Positions 52,838 through 64,000 of a stretch of 64,000 nucleotides of DNA are shown one piece after another; the stretch's first letter is position 1, and each line of letters begins with the position of its first letter. The DNA lies in the NCBI GenBank assembly GCA_030248215.1, contig JASANG010003752.1:620001-684000 (forward strand), in the 5' to 3' direction. A model generated the notes under the pieces. The model had not been told where the DNA came from. It did not search any database and saw nothing but the letters and a program-made list of their open reading frames with translations. The translations under genes and the position numbers were made by a program. Source of the stretch: Enoplolaimus lenunculus (taxonomy: Eukaryota).

Positions 52838-53997
52838 TACGTGAATTCATAATAACAGAAAATCTGTAAACGTAATTGGTTTCTGGCACAAACAACTGTC
52901 GCTAAGAGAAAATACGAATAAGAGTTTTAGCAACTCTGATTAGCATAGAAATTAAACCAAAAATCTTTATAAACATATTTTTGGCTATGGACAAAATTCT
53001 TTGTCAAATAAATAGGTTTCGAGGAAAATATTCGATAATTGATGTGCAGATGTAAATGATTGCGCAACTTTTACGTCTTTAGCACATGTGCCGGTATTCC
53101 GGCTATTGCTCTAAAATGGTTTAATGTTTTAGAACTTTTGCATGCTTGAGCTTCTTATGACATCATTATATCATTCAGCATTGAATTTTGTGTGTTTGTA
53201 CTTATAAAAAGTCAAATTTTTGTAAAAAGTATTCTTTTTAAAACTGAGTAAAATTATTTGTCAAAAAGTTCAACGAAATATTCCATTATATACGCTGCTT
53301 GCGGAACTGAAATGAATGATGTTGAATTTCTTACCATTGGACTAACGATTCTTCTGTTATGGTTTTTAAAAACCGGTACTGACATAAAATTTGTTACTTC
53401 CCATTTAATTAATACTATATGGTATTTTTACTTACCCATAGTAAATGTAATGGTATTTTTACTTACCCATAAATGTAATGGTATTTTTACTTACCCATAG
53501 TAAATGTAATGGTATTTTTACTTACCCATAGTAAATGGAATGGTATTTTTACTTACCCATAGTCAATGTAATGGTATTTTTACTTACCCATAAATGTAAT
53601 GGTATTTTTACTTACCCATAGTAAATGTAATGGTATTTTTACTTACCCATAAATGTAATGGTATTTTTACTTACCCATAGTAAATGTAATGGTATTTTTA
53701 CTTACCCATTGTAAATGTAATGGTATTTTTACTTACCCATAAATGTAATGGTATTTTTACTTACCCATAAATGTAATCGGATTTTTACTTACCCATAGTA
53801 AATGTAATGATATTTTTACTTACCCATAGTAAATGTAATGGTATTTTTACTTACCCATAGGAAATGTAATGGTATTTTTAGTTAGATAGATAGATAGATA
53901 AAGTAGAAAGAGGATATGACGCCACTGTGGGCGTTCGCGTAGACAAATTAAAAGCATTGTCCATTGCGACATCCTACGACCATATATACTCTGTGTG

Positions 53998-55830
53998 TCA
54001 CTCTACATTAACCTTTAGACGTTCTGTTTCAACAATAGACTTATAAATTTTCCTTATATCAAGAGATCTAATTTCTCTAACAGATAATGTCTTCCTACCA
54101 AGAAATTGCTCGCGTTTGTCTTCCCACCGTTTGCATACGCATAAAAAGTGCTCAGCGGTCTCACTTACATTGCATTCTGAAGAATTTTTATCTTGAGCTA
54201 CTCTCATTCTAAATAAGTGATAACTTAACCAACAATGTCCCGATAAAATCTGAATACATTGTCTAAGTTTGTCTTTATTAAGCTTTAATAAAAATCTACT
54301 TCTTCATATGTTTGGTTCTTGAATTATTGATCTTGTAAATCTACAGATTTTCTGATTTATCCATCTATATATAAATTTTTTTGTGCATCCATGATGTAAT
54401 TAGTACCGGTTCTGGTCCTATAAATCGTCTACCTGATCCACGCCTTGCTAATTCATCCGCTAAGTCATTACCGATTACATTTGAGTGACCCGGTACCCAC
54501 ACTAGTAAAACTTCATTTAATTGTGAGAGTTCTTTAATTGCTATTCGACACTCGTTAGCTATTTTAGATCTAATTTTGAGACAATGTACAGCTTTCAGTG
54601 CTGCCTGACTGTCTGAAATAATGAGTATTCTTTTTTCAGCAGTATTCCTTCCTGTTAACTCTTCAGCGCATATTTTGATCGCAAGGATTTCTGTCTGGAA
54701 AACTGAAACACTCTCCTAGTGATCGGCTAACCATGAAGTGCTCTGAGAAAATTCCAGCACCTGCTAATTTCCTTGCTGCACCTTGACCGACAGAGCCATC
54801 CGTGTAGCATACTATATCGTCATTCCTTTGAAAATCTCTTATAAAATTATTCCAAAATGCTCTAGATGTAAACAACACATTGCATGTCGGTTCATCTATT
54901 ATTTCACCTGACATGTTATCTGAAGGAAAACTGAGCACATCTAGTTGATTGATCTCAGCCGAGTAATCTCGATGTCTTTTGATACTAAAGACGTTATCGC
55001 CCTCTGATAATTTATTAATTCTGTTTAGTTCTGCAATCCCTTCTTTCATTATCTCAAGATCTATTGAAAGCAGATTTAAAATCGTTTCCATACTTATAGT
55101 CGGAGTCGAGCTAACAGCTCCTGTTATCATCAAACAGGCCATTCTAGATATCTTAATAGCTTTCTTTGCGTAGGTTTTTAATTTAAGTCTGTGCCACCAT
55201 ACCAGTGCTCCATAACAGACTAGTGGTAAAACTACTGTTCTATATATAAACAGAATAGATTTAAGAGTTAACCCCCAAGTCTTCCCTATGGCTGATCGAC
55301 TTATCATAAGCGCTTTAATACTTTTATTAATAACAAACATCCTCTCCTCGCTTATTGCAATTCGTGCTGTCCCAAATTACATGATGGGCATTTGCATCGC
55401 ATCCTATAATTAGTCTAATATTTCTTGTTTTGCAGAAACTTACAGTTTTCTTGAAGGTGTCACTAGGTGGTGCGTCTTTGGAGTCATATGTTAAGTAACT
55501 TGACATGATCCATGTTTCCTTCCCACCATTACCAAAGTCTATTCTTAGTTTAACTGTAGTATTATCTTGATCACTAAAATTTGTCATTTGTACACCTCTT
55601 AACTCCTTCTTCACCAATATTGCTGTCCTGGGTCTTACTCCGCTGTATGTAAACATATCAAAGTCTTTATTTACAAAGCAAGGTCTGTTACTTACGAGGT
55701 ACGGTTCCTGGCAGAGCACAATGTCGACGCGCTGACCCCCGATCTCCCTCGTTGAGCCTGATCTTAGTTTACCTAATTCAACTATAGCCCCTTTGCAGTG
55801 CTGTAGGTTCACCTGTCTAATTTTGATCAT
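53998..55830 (-). pseudogene. ORF2 remnant: AP endonuclease fused by deletion to post-RT region, RNase H and Zn knuckle
   Basis: QVNLQHCK, DIVLCQEPY, IIGCDANAHHVIWDSTNCNKRGE, then a break near 55340 to GKTWGL..YRTVVLPLVCYGALVWW..RMACLMITGAVSSTPT, CYTDGS, SDSQAALKA, WVPGHSNVIGNDLADELARRG, SGHC..ETAEHFLCVC. No RT (YxDD) core; frameshifts present. Confidence 0.9.
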
Positions 55831-55977
55831 GGTGATATCTTATTTAAACTGTAACTAATCTAAGACTTGACTCATCTGAGTTATTAAGAGTCATTGTCTT
55901 AAGAGTCTGTAATTTACTTATCCCTAGTGGGCTCACCCATTCTCCAAAAGGAGACCCGGGTCAGCTCGTAACAGGGT

Positions 55978-56695
55978 CTAAATTGAAGTCATGCTCTTCA
56001 GGTGTGAATTTCCTTGTAGAATTTTCACTGTCATATCTGCTAAAAGCTTCTGACTCCCTTGAGCTGCTTGCTTATAGCTGATTTTGACTCTTTTTCTGTC
56101 CTCTGGAGTTTCCCCTGTCGGACTTCTATTGCGCTTGCTCTGACCTTCCCCCGAAGTAGATGGAATATCTGCCCCCGGAGGTAAGGGTGGGAAATTTCCC
56201 TCTGCAGCTAACTTCTTGTTCTTCTTTTTCTGAGCACCGCTAAGGGCATGGCCTTTCTGTAGAGGCGTTTTCGAGCGACTCTTGGAAGGAAATTTCTTCC
56301 AAAAGTAACTGGATTTCTGCCTAAGCTCAGAAATTTGTTTAGACTGATCAGACTCGCCCTGGCAAGCAGATACAGCAAGCTTTGGAGCTCCCCCTCTGCT
56401 GAACAGGACGAGTCTTGTTCGACTGATAAAGCTACTGCCTGCCCAGGTAGTACAGCAGACGGTACGCCCCCCTACCTGAACAGACATCGTCACTTGTAGT
56501 GACGTCTAAATTCAAAACTAAGGGACTAAGCCCTGATTCTTCGACACCGACCCTCTGAGGTGGACCGGGCGGGACTGCGGCCAACGATTGCCGCCGATTG
56601 TTGTTGTTGTTGTTGTTGACGGCGCCACCGCCTGTCCCGCTGGCATCAGGCACCGCTTCCGAAAATTCATCATCATCATCTTCGTTTTGTTCCAT
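55978..56695 (-). pseudogene. ORF1 (gag-like) N-terminal remnant of the LOA element
   Basis: MEQNEDDDDEF... frameshifts into a basic low-complexity segment LSGAQKKKNKK..SKRNRSPTGETP..SYKQAA, located directly upstream of the APE ORF. Confidence 0.6.
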
Positions 56696-57087
56696 AATAT
56701 GTATTATGTAACTAATAGCTACATGAAGAAAATATATAAAATATAAGATATATATAATATATAGTAAATATATGATATATAGATTTATACATAATGTATA
56801 ATTATGTATGTATATAATTGTATATATAGGAGGGAAGGTGGGAGGGGTGGATTGTATATAATGTGTGGTAAAATTATATAATATAAGATGTGATATATAG
56901 ATATTGATATAATGTGAAATAATATATTATGTGTAGTTGTGTGTTAGTGTTGGAGATATGTGTGATATATATGTATATATAAATATAAATATATTATGTA
57001 TGAGTTATATGATATATAAAGAGAAAAACATCACTAACCCCAGAAAGAAAAATTTTAAGGGGGAAAGGTAATGGTCAGTGATGACCC

Positions 57088-57208
57088 CGGCCATTAGTTC
57101 CCTGAAAATTGGGATGTCCACCAGCGAAAACCGGCTTTTGGACAACCCAATTCGCAGGGATTAAGCCCCCACGCCGCGAGCATTGGCTGGCCGTAGGATT
57201 TGTGGGGG
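57088..57208 (-). ncRNA. HDV-like self-cleaving ribozyme fold at the 5' end of the retroelement
   Basis: Minus strand: P1 CCCCCAC/GUGGGGG, P2 CGGCCA/UGGCCG, P3 GCC/GGC around loop AAUGCUCGC, long P4 UCCCUG..AAUUGGG..UGUCCA / UGGACA.CCCAAUU..CAGGGA, J4/2 CUAA. The nested double-pseudoknot order matches HDV ribozymes. Confidence 0.75.
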
Positions 57209-57310
57209 GTATTGTTACTTACCCATATTAAATGTAATGGTATTTTTACTTACCCATAGTAAATGTAATGGTATTTTTACTTACCCATAGGAAATGTAAT
57301 GGTATTTTTA

Positions 57311-57491
57311 GTTAGATAGATAGATAAAGTAGAAAGAGGATATGACGCCACTGTGGGCGTTCGCGTAGACAAATTAAAAACATTGTCCATTGCGACATCC
57401 TACGACCATATATACTCTGTGTGTCACTCTACATTAACCTTTAGACGTTCTGTTTCAACAATAAACTTATAAATTTTCCTTATATCAAGAG
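57311..57491 (-). mobile_element. 5'-truncated 181-bp 3'-end copy of the same LOA element
   Basis: Matches 53881-54065 with two substitutions and one fewer GATA unit; flanked by TTTTTA on both sides. Confidence 0.92.
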
Positions 57492-58470
57492 TTTTTACTT
57501 ACCCATAAATGTAATGGTATTTTTACTTACCCATAGTAAATGTAATGGTATTTTTACTTACCCATTGTAAATGTAATGGTATTTTTACTTACCCATAAAT
57601 GTAATGGTATTTTTACTTACCCATAAATGTAATCGTATTTTTACTTACCCATAGTAAATGTAATGATATTTTTACTTACCCATAGTAAATGTAATGGTAT
57701 TTTTACTTACCCATAGTAAATGTAATGGTATTTTTACTTACCCATAGTAAATGTAATGGTATTTTTACTTACCCATAGTAAATGTAATGGTATTTTTACT
57801 TACCCATAGTAAATGTAATGGTATTTTTACTTACCCATAAATGTAATGGTATTTTTACTTACCCATAAATGTAATCGTATTTTTACTTACCCATAGTAAA
57901 TGTAATGGTATTTTTACTTACCCATAGTAAATGTAATGGTATTTTTACTTACCCATAGTAAATGTAATGGTTTTTTACTCCCCTTATATCTAGAATTTTT
58001 ACTCTCCTTAGTAACGGTTGCGGTATACTTTACAAAACCGGACGCCGCCGGGTGGTGGTGTGCGGTAATTTTTAATGAAAAGTTTTGCAGCGCCACGTGC
58101 CGGTGCGTTGCGGCGTGCGGCAAAATTTTTACCGCGCCGCGCGCCAACGTGTGTCGGCGTGCGGTTCGCACGGTGGTGTACGGCGGCGCGCAGCGAGTAT
58201 AGCGCAACCCTAATTTCAAACTTAGCCTTTGTTACAATAATTTATACATCAGGTGCGTCTTGTTTCTGCTTGATTGCTTCCCAAGCATTCTTTCCATGGT
58301 CAACATCAACTGTCAGTTGTTTAGTTTAATCAGGTCCACTGCAAAGTTTGTGCTGTTTCATTTCTATTTTGGTAGAGGTCAATAGCTTTTCTTCCATACC
58401 ACTGTTTATTATTTTATATGCCTAAAGCGGAGGCTAAAGCTTAGGTTAAAAGTTCGGCAAAAGTTTTCTA

Positions 58471-59316
58471 TCTGTAGGTCCGGCGTTTGCCTCAAAATGG
58501 TCAGGTTTTGAAATTTTTCAGACATTGGTGTTGCTCATTGGCCTCTTCTTATCATCCAAATTTTAAATTTGAATTTTCGAGGTCCTAAGGTCCCCGTTGG
58601 CCCTGAAAAAACCTTTGACAAATAGTGTAAGAATCTATAGTATTCGATGCAGGTTGACGCGCTCCAACCATTGATGCAAATTCTATTGGTATCTGATTAA
58701 ATAGTTCCAGAGTTATTGTGAAATGACTATTTTGACGCTGGGTCAACGGTCCGGGTACTTAGGCGTCAAAATAATTATTTGACCATAACTCTTGAATTGC
58801 TAAATCAGATACCATCGAAATGATATGATTATTAATTGATTTTAGCTTAGCAAACTGCGTCAAGTGGTATATGAAATGCTAAAATTTCTGGCAAATTTTT
58901 TATCCCGCCCTTATATCAGATGATACTCGATGTAACTTTGGAATATAATGCTATTCGCATAAAATGACATGCAGACTGGTGTAGCAGATAAAGATAGTTG
59001 TATTTGTAAATCAATGGCATATGACATTTGCTCTTTGTCCGTTCATGCGATGTTAAAGTCCAAATTTTAACGTTGACATCGAATCAGCATGACATAAAAC
59101 GTGACCCTACTATCCCGGTTACAACGTGAATCGCTCATTAGGATCACAAAAATCTTATTTTTCCAAAATTTAAATTTGGGTGCGGGATGATCAGCAAAGG
59201 TATTAAGATGAAGCCCAAATGTGTAAAAAATTTTAAAATTGAACCATTTTGGGCAAACGCCGTTCCGGGGTGAGAGAAAATACACATCATTTGGTATTAA
59301 ACGCCAGACCTACAGA
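58471..59316. mobile_element. ~850-bp non-autonomous TIR element with TA flanks
   Basis: TA|TCTGTAGGTCCGGCGTTT is inverted to AAACGCCAGACCTACAGA|TA; internal inverted repeat at 58688-58813. Confidence 0.7.
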
Positions 59317-61932
59317 TAGCAACTGTTTGTCCTGTGGTGACCTTACCCGGTCCACGAGTGAATTTTCCCAAGCGACGCCATCGGACTATTAATGGGGCAC
59401 CAACCAGTCTGCCTCTGTGGTTTTAATTACAACGCTTGCTTTACTGTCGTAAGTAGTTTTCGTGACACTTTTTAAAAAAATTTATTCAGGTACTGTCGTT
59501 GAGTAGCTAACATATTGCAACTTTAAACAAAAGTTTCAATTTTAACAGCCAAGAAACATTGTCGAAACGTGAGGGCGGTAAAACATTTTCAATTTGTCTA
59601 ACTGTCAATATCAGCTGGTACAAGATATATATTTCAGAGTCGTACGTGCTCAATTCAACATTTGATTATGATATTCTGTAATTATAGTTATAAATTTTGC
59701 TGATCACTCAAGCGACATTATACTTTATTTGAAAGACTCGTTCGACTCTATTAAAATGTTCAAAACACGCTACAGAAACGTGTCCACGTGAAATAAATTA
59801 TTTGACTGGCACGTGTTACTTTGAGGGGCGTACCGTGTTTCCGGCGAAACTTCTATTGAGTATGCATCAGCTTTAGACTGAATTTTTTGCCCAGGCTTAG
59901 GCGTAAGCTTACGTCTAGCACACTGAGGCCTAGGCTTAGAAATATGCTAATACACACCTCAAAGTGAGATTGGTTGTTTGAGCGATTGCATTACAAACTG
60001 AAATTACCTAAAATCTAATGATACATTTTCTAATTTACCGCTCCGATAAAATAAGGAAGATTTTAAAATTTACAATTATTCATAAAACTGTCAATAAATA
60101 TAAGAAAGCTTATTCTTGCCGTCACGGTATTTTTTAACTATTGAAACCTGAACATAATAAAGGTTTGCTAAAAACCAAAATACTCAAATAAATACCTTTG
60201 CCGCTATATATTATTCTATGTTCTCTGATATAATCTCATCTACGAAACAGCCTCAAATGCCAATAGAATACAAAAATATGCACGACAGTATTAAATTAGA
60301 CAGCGCGTTTGTGCTGTTATAGTTGCAGGAAATACAGGCAAATGATTTGCGGAAGCCGTATTTTGCCAACTGTTTTACTAGTTATCAAAAATGTGATTTG
60401 TACAAGCTCTCAAACGGAAAACGTCATAGTTTTATCATTTTTCGAATTCAGTTTAAATTTTACTTCCCGAGAGTTTAATTGGTTTATAAGATTCGTTGAT
60501 TTTCTGATTTATAAATATTTGTCTGTTCAAAAACTTGAAACCTCAACACTACAGTACGCCAAATTTTCAAGTATACAGCGCATGCAAACGCTTAATACTA
60601 AATTCTAAAACCGAAAGGAAAGCGAATCACTGAGAGAGATAAACTGATTGTCAAAGCGTAAATTAATTTGACGTAAGCCTTATATCTGTAAATTATTTAT
60701 CGATCATGCTTTTAAACCGAAGACAAAGCTTTAAGTTTTGAAAATAAATACTTCCTGGTGCGGTATTAATTCTCCTGTCAGTTCAATAAAATTTTGAAAT
60801 TGTATTTTCAACTGTGTGCAGCACATATCACTGGCTAATATAGTAGGTTCTCAAACAAACTTTGGTCAAGGAAAATACCCTATATGAAGTGAAAACATCA
60901 CGAAATTTTACTGTATTCGCTCGCATGGTTGTTAGCTTATAATATATTTTACCAGCTGGCAATAGAGGTTGCACACATTTGCAAATAATGACAACAGTGC
61001 GATGTTTTTCTTAATCAGCCCGTTTTTGTTTGGCATGCAGCGGTTGAAATAGTTGGTCGTAATCATGTATCACGTAACCAACCATGAAAATAACGGTTAC
61101 AGCTGTTTAAGCAGTAAAATTTTCAGCGAAATATAACTATTACGGATGTCAGTCTAAAATATGATGGCCAATAGAATGAACTGTAGAACTCTTGAAAATT
61201 TTAAAAGCCACAAAATTTTACACCAAAGCAATTGTCTTAAGTTACGATTTTTACAATGTAATACACGTTGTTGAATCTTCAAAATAAAAAATCAATTGCC
61301 AATTAGAGACAAAAGTTACCAAGGCCGGCGTTAGGGTAGTCGCCCCCCAAACAGGTCTGATGGCCCTCCAATAAAATGTTTCACAGCTCGACTTTGCGGC
61401 CGGAAAAAAAGTTTACTTTGCCGAGATGGGCCCTAATTGGACGGGGCTCCTCCAATTGAAAAGTTTGTGGGACACTTCCGCCAGAACTGCTGGTAACGCA
61501 CTGCCAACTACTGAGGATAACGTAAACGAAGACTCGGGACCACGAAATTGCTCGTTGCCTTACGGCTTTTGTGCAAACTGTAAAAACCACGTATCGTGAT
61601 TTTCAGTGTAGAAATACTATTTTTATTTTACGTTAATATATGCATAAAAATGCAGTTTACATGCATTAGGACAAAATATCAATTTTAACAAGACAGCCGT
61701 GCTTGTAAGAGCCTGTTAGAAATATCCTGCGGCGCTTTTATTAACAAATATACTCAATGATTTGTTTATTTTTAGTTCAATATTATGTCTTTTAAATTAA
61801 ACGTGCTATATCAATTGCATTCACCGATTCAACGCAACAAAAATAGTTGCCAAAACAGTGAGCGTGTAGCCAAGGGGGGCTAGGGGAGCCAACCCCCCCT
61901 TGCAAAAATTTTGGCACACATAGAAAATTATT

Positions 61933-62121
61933 GCCCATGTATAAAGATCATGGGCGGAACGTTTTTCTGTGGGACTGCAGAAGAATAAGCTTAAGCTTTA
62001 ATAGACTAATTTGTTTGCTTGGCTTAGGCTTAGGAATATGCTCATTCTTACGCTTAGGCATTTAGGCTTAGAATTAGAAATATGCTTATAATACTGGTCC
62101 GCCCCTGTTCTTTACTTGGCC
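61933..62121. mobile_element. TTAGGC-bearing MITE, longer copy
   Basis: GCCCATGTATAAAGATCATGGGCGGA ... TCCGCCCCTGTTCTTTACTTGGCC enclosing GGCTTAGGCTTAGGAATATGC modules. Confidence 0.6.
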
Positions 62122-64000
62122 AAAAATTTCAACCTTGCTTGTAAACTAATTGAATATTGTTTAATGCCCCTTACCTCCTCCTAGCAAGGTGAGCTGGCTG
62201 CAGACCCGCAAAACAGTAACCAGTTCAGGTGTTTGGACAGTTTGCAATCAGAGGTAAAATAAATCTCAGCCAACTTGGCAGACCTTAATACTGTACCATG
62301 ATGTTCAAATAGTCACCGTGAAACTATTACTTCGCGACAAACCAGCTTTGAAGTTCTTGCAGCGTGGACACAGTTACAAGTCGCTTGACTTTCTTGCACT
62401 TGCATTTTGATAGGTCGAACAAAAAAACCGGTGTTCCGGTATCAAATAACGGTAGGTAAATTCAGAACCCAAATTTCACAAGAATTTCAGAAATAACCAG
62501 AAGTCCGTTTAAATCCTGGTTACAATGCTATTTTATATTTAAAAATGCTCGCGTGAAGAGAACGCAATAAATATTGATTTGCAAGCAGCAGGTTTGGATA
62601 TATCTTAACATTTCGATTATCAAATAATAGGCCGCCGTTTCTTTAAGGAGCGCAACAGCAGTATAAGCATATTCCTAAACCTAAGGTTCAGCATAAGAAT
62701 ACGCATATTCCTAAACCTAAGCCTCAGCATAAGAATAACTCTATAACGAAACCGAAGTACGCAAAAAATAGTGTAAAGATTAAACTTACTCTAGTATTGT
62801 CCATCGAAAAAAATGTTCGCCCATCAAAGAACATGGGCCAAATAATAATTTCAAACAACCTTAAATGCGTTCCGAAAAATGGAAGTACTACGCATAGCAA
62901 TCCTATTAATATCTCACAACAGTTCACCGGAATTAGATGGTTGGACGAACCTTGATTCATTAACGTAAATTATAGAATTGGAATTAATAACTTTGTTGTC
63001 AAGAAGTTTCTATTAAAACAAATTGTTCATTGCTATAGACTACGGCTACAGAACAGTTTCAGACACAAACTCGGCAACTTTATACAATTTTTCTGTTATA
63101 AGATGAAAGTCAGAAAGTACAGAAACAAAAAAATTTCACCGCAGTAATATAATAATTGTTCCTTGCCAGATACCACATGACATAATATTCAAATGTCACA
63201 AGAAGATTAGAAAGTTCGTTAAGAAAAAGTATTAAAGCCGACTGTAAGAAGAAACATAAATGACAAACTCCAAAACAACCTAAAATTATTATGCCGAGGT
63301 GCAATTCGCATCCGAGTTGCGTTAATATTTCTACTCATATATTGATCAAAAAAGCTACCAATAGAAAAAAATCGATATTCACTGCATGAACATGTGCATG
63401 CAGTATATGACAATTATCAATAACTGCAATTTTTTATACAAAAATTTTTACATTCCCACTTTTAAAAAGCTATTATAATATTCGGAAACACGGCAGAAAA
63501 CATCCGATATCCCAATAGTTCATAATGAATCCTGATACCGGTTTCTCTGGTATCACACCGGATCAGTACATCCGGTATCTGCCTAAGCATAAAGTCAAAT
63601 TCAACATTGCATATTTACACCACTAATCTTAATCTACTTGTAGCAATCGTCCTTCACAGCTTCAAGTTTCAAATTTGCAGGCTAAATTCTCCCACTGGAA
63701 AAATCCATACACGTTTAGCTCTCCACTCGAAAAATGCCCTTGGATTGAAATAAAATTTTTAAAAGCGAAAAGACAAAAAGGTGTTGTAAGCATAGCACCA
63801 CCTATAAGCTGCGAAGCAGCAAAATTAACCAAAAATTTACAAAACAGACAAAATTTGCGAAAAATTTAAAATTTTCACCTCCTAATTTTTATCTCAGAGA
63901 GTTTGTCAAAAGCCACCCCAAGCTTATAAAATCCCGGAGTGGAACCTAGGGGCACCTCAAATAAAACCCCCACTGATGATTGGGCTATTGAAATGCCAAA

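Larger units (their letters stand above)
53881..57207 (-). mobile_element. Internally deleted (RT-less) non-LTR retrotransposon, LOA clade (R1/I group)
   Basis: Minus-strand order: 5' ribozyme-like fold, AT-rich UTR, ORF1 remnant, APE endonuclease, post-RT region, RNase H, Cys/His knuckle, short 3' UTR, (TATC)n tail. TSD GGTATTTTTA (53871-53880) / GGTATTGTTA (57208-57217). Confidence 0.88.
53419..57978. repeat. 31/28-bp minisatellite (~35 units) interrupted by two retroelement insertions
   Basis: Unit GTAAATGTAATGGTATTTTTACTTACCCATA (31 bp) and a 28-bp variant lacking GTA. Blocks at 53419-53880, 57208-57310 and 57492-57978. Confidence 0.97.

Noticed and set aside
53441..53471. Repeat unit as a spliced-leader RNA gene array
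   Set aside because: It has a GTAAGT donor, but the 31-bp unit is too short for an SL RNA, does not match SL1 (GGTTTAATTACCCAAGTTTGAG) and has no Sm site.
56700..57020. AT-rich TA-repeat tract as an independent feature
   Set aside because: Lies inside the retroelement 5' UTR, between the ribozyme fold and ORF1.
53419..57978. CRISPR-like appearance of ~30-bp repeats
   Set aside because: Units are directly contiguous with no unique spacers, no cas genes are present, and the context is eukaryotic.
57914..58329. ORFs over the satellite end and GC-rich tract
   Set aside because: Derived from repeat sequence; no recognisable protein.
59340..63420. Scattered exon-like or hydrophobic minus-strand stretches
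   Set aside because: Could not be joined into a phase-consistent model. May be UTR exons or a decayed gene.

Overview
AT-rich, intron-rich eukaryotic DNA. It is probably nematode (inference from interstitial TTAGGC repeats, many TTTCAG/TTTTAG acceptors and a nematode-style DEG/ENaC). Five spliced genes could be assembled by hand with phase-consistent GT-AG junctions: (1) a type-I membrane protein with a possible Notch-ligand-like N-terminus (126-4091 +); (2) mitochondrial release factor MTRFR/C12orf65 (8720-10522 +); (3) a DEG/ENaC channel (16319-25277 +); (4) a DUF229 alkaline-phosphatase-superfamily protein (29818-37086 +); (5) a class A peptide-type GPCR (42805-48155 -). The rest is dense in mobile DNA: several MITE families, Helentron-like elements with internal tandem arrays, and a decayed pogo-type transposon. 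Two elements stand out. First, an RT-less LOA-clade non-LTR retroelement starts with a clean HDV-like ribozyme fold and sits, with a second 5'-truncated copy, at the same nucleotide of a 31/28-bp minisatellite (53419-57978). Second, a ~620-bp TRIM-like LTR element has LTRs that each carry a tRNA-derived Pol III cassette whose 5' end matches its own primer-binding site (6767-7383). All calls are by eye; no database search or folding program was run.
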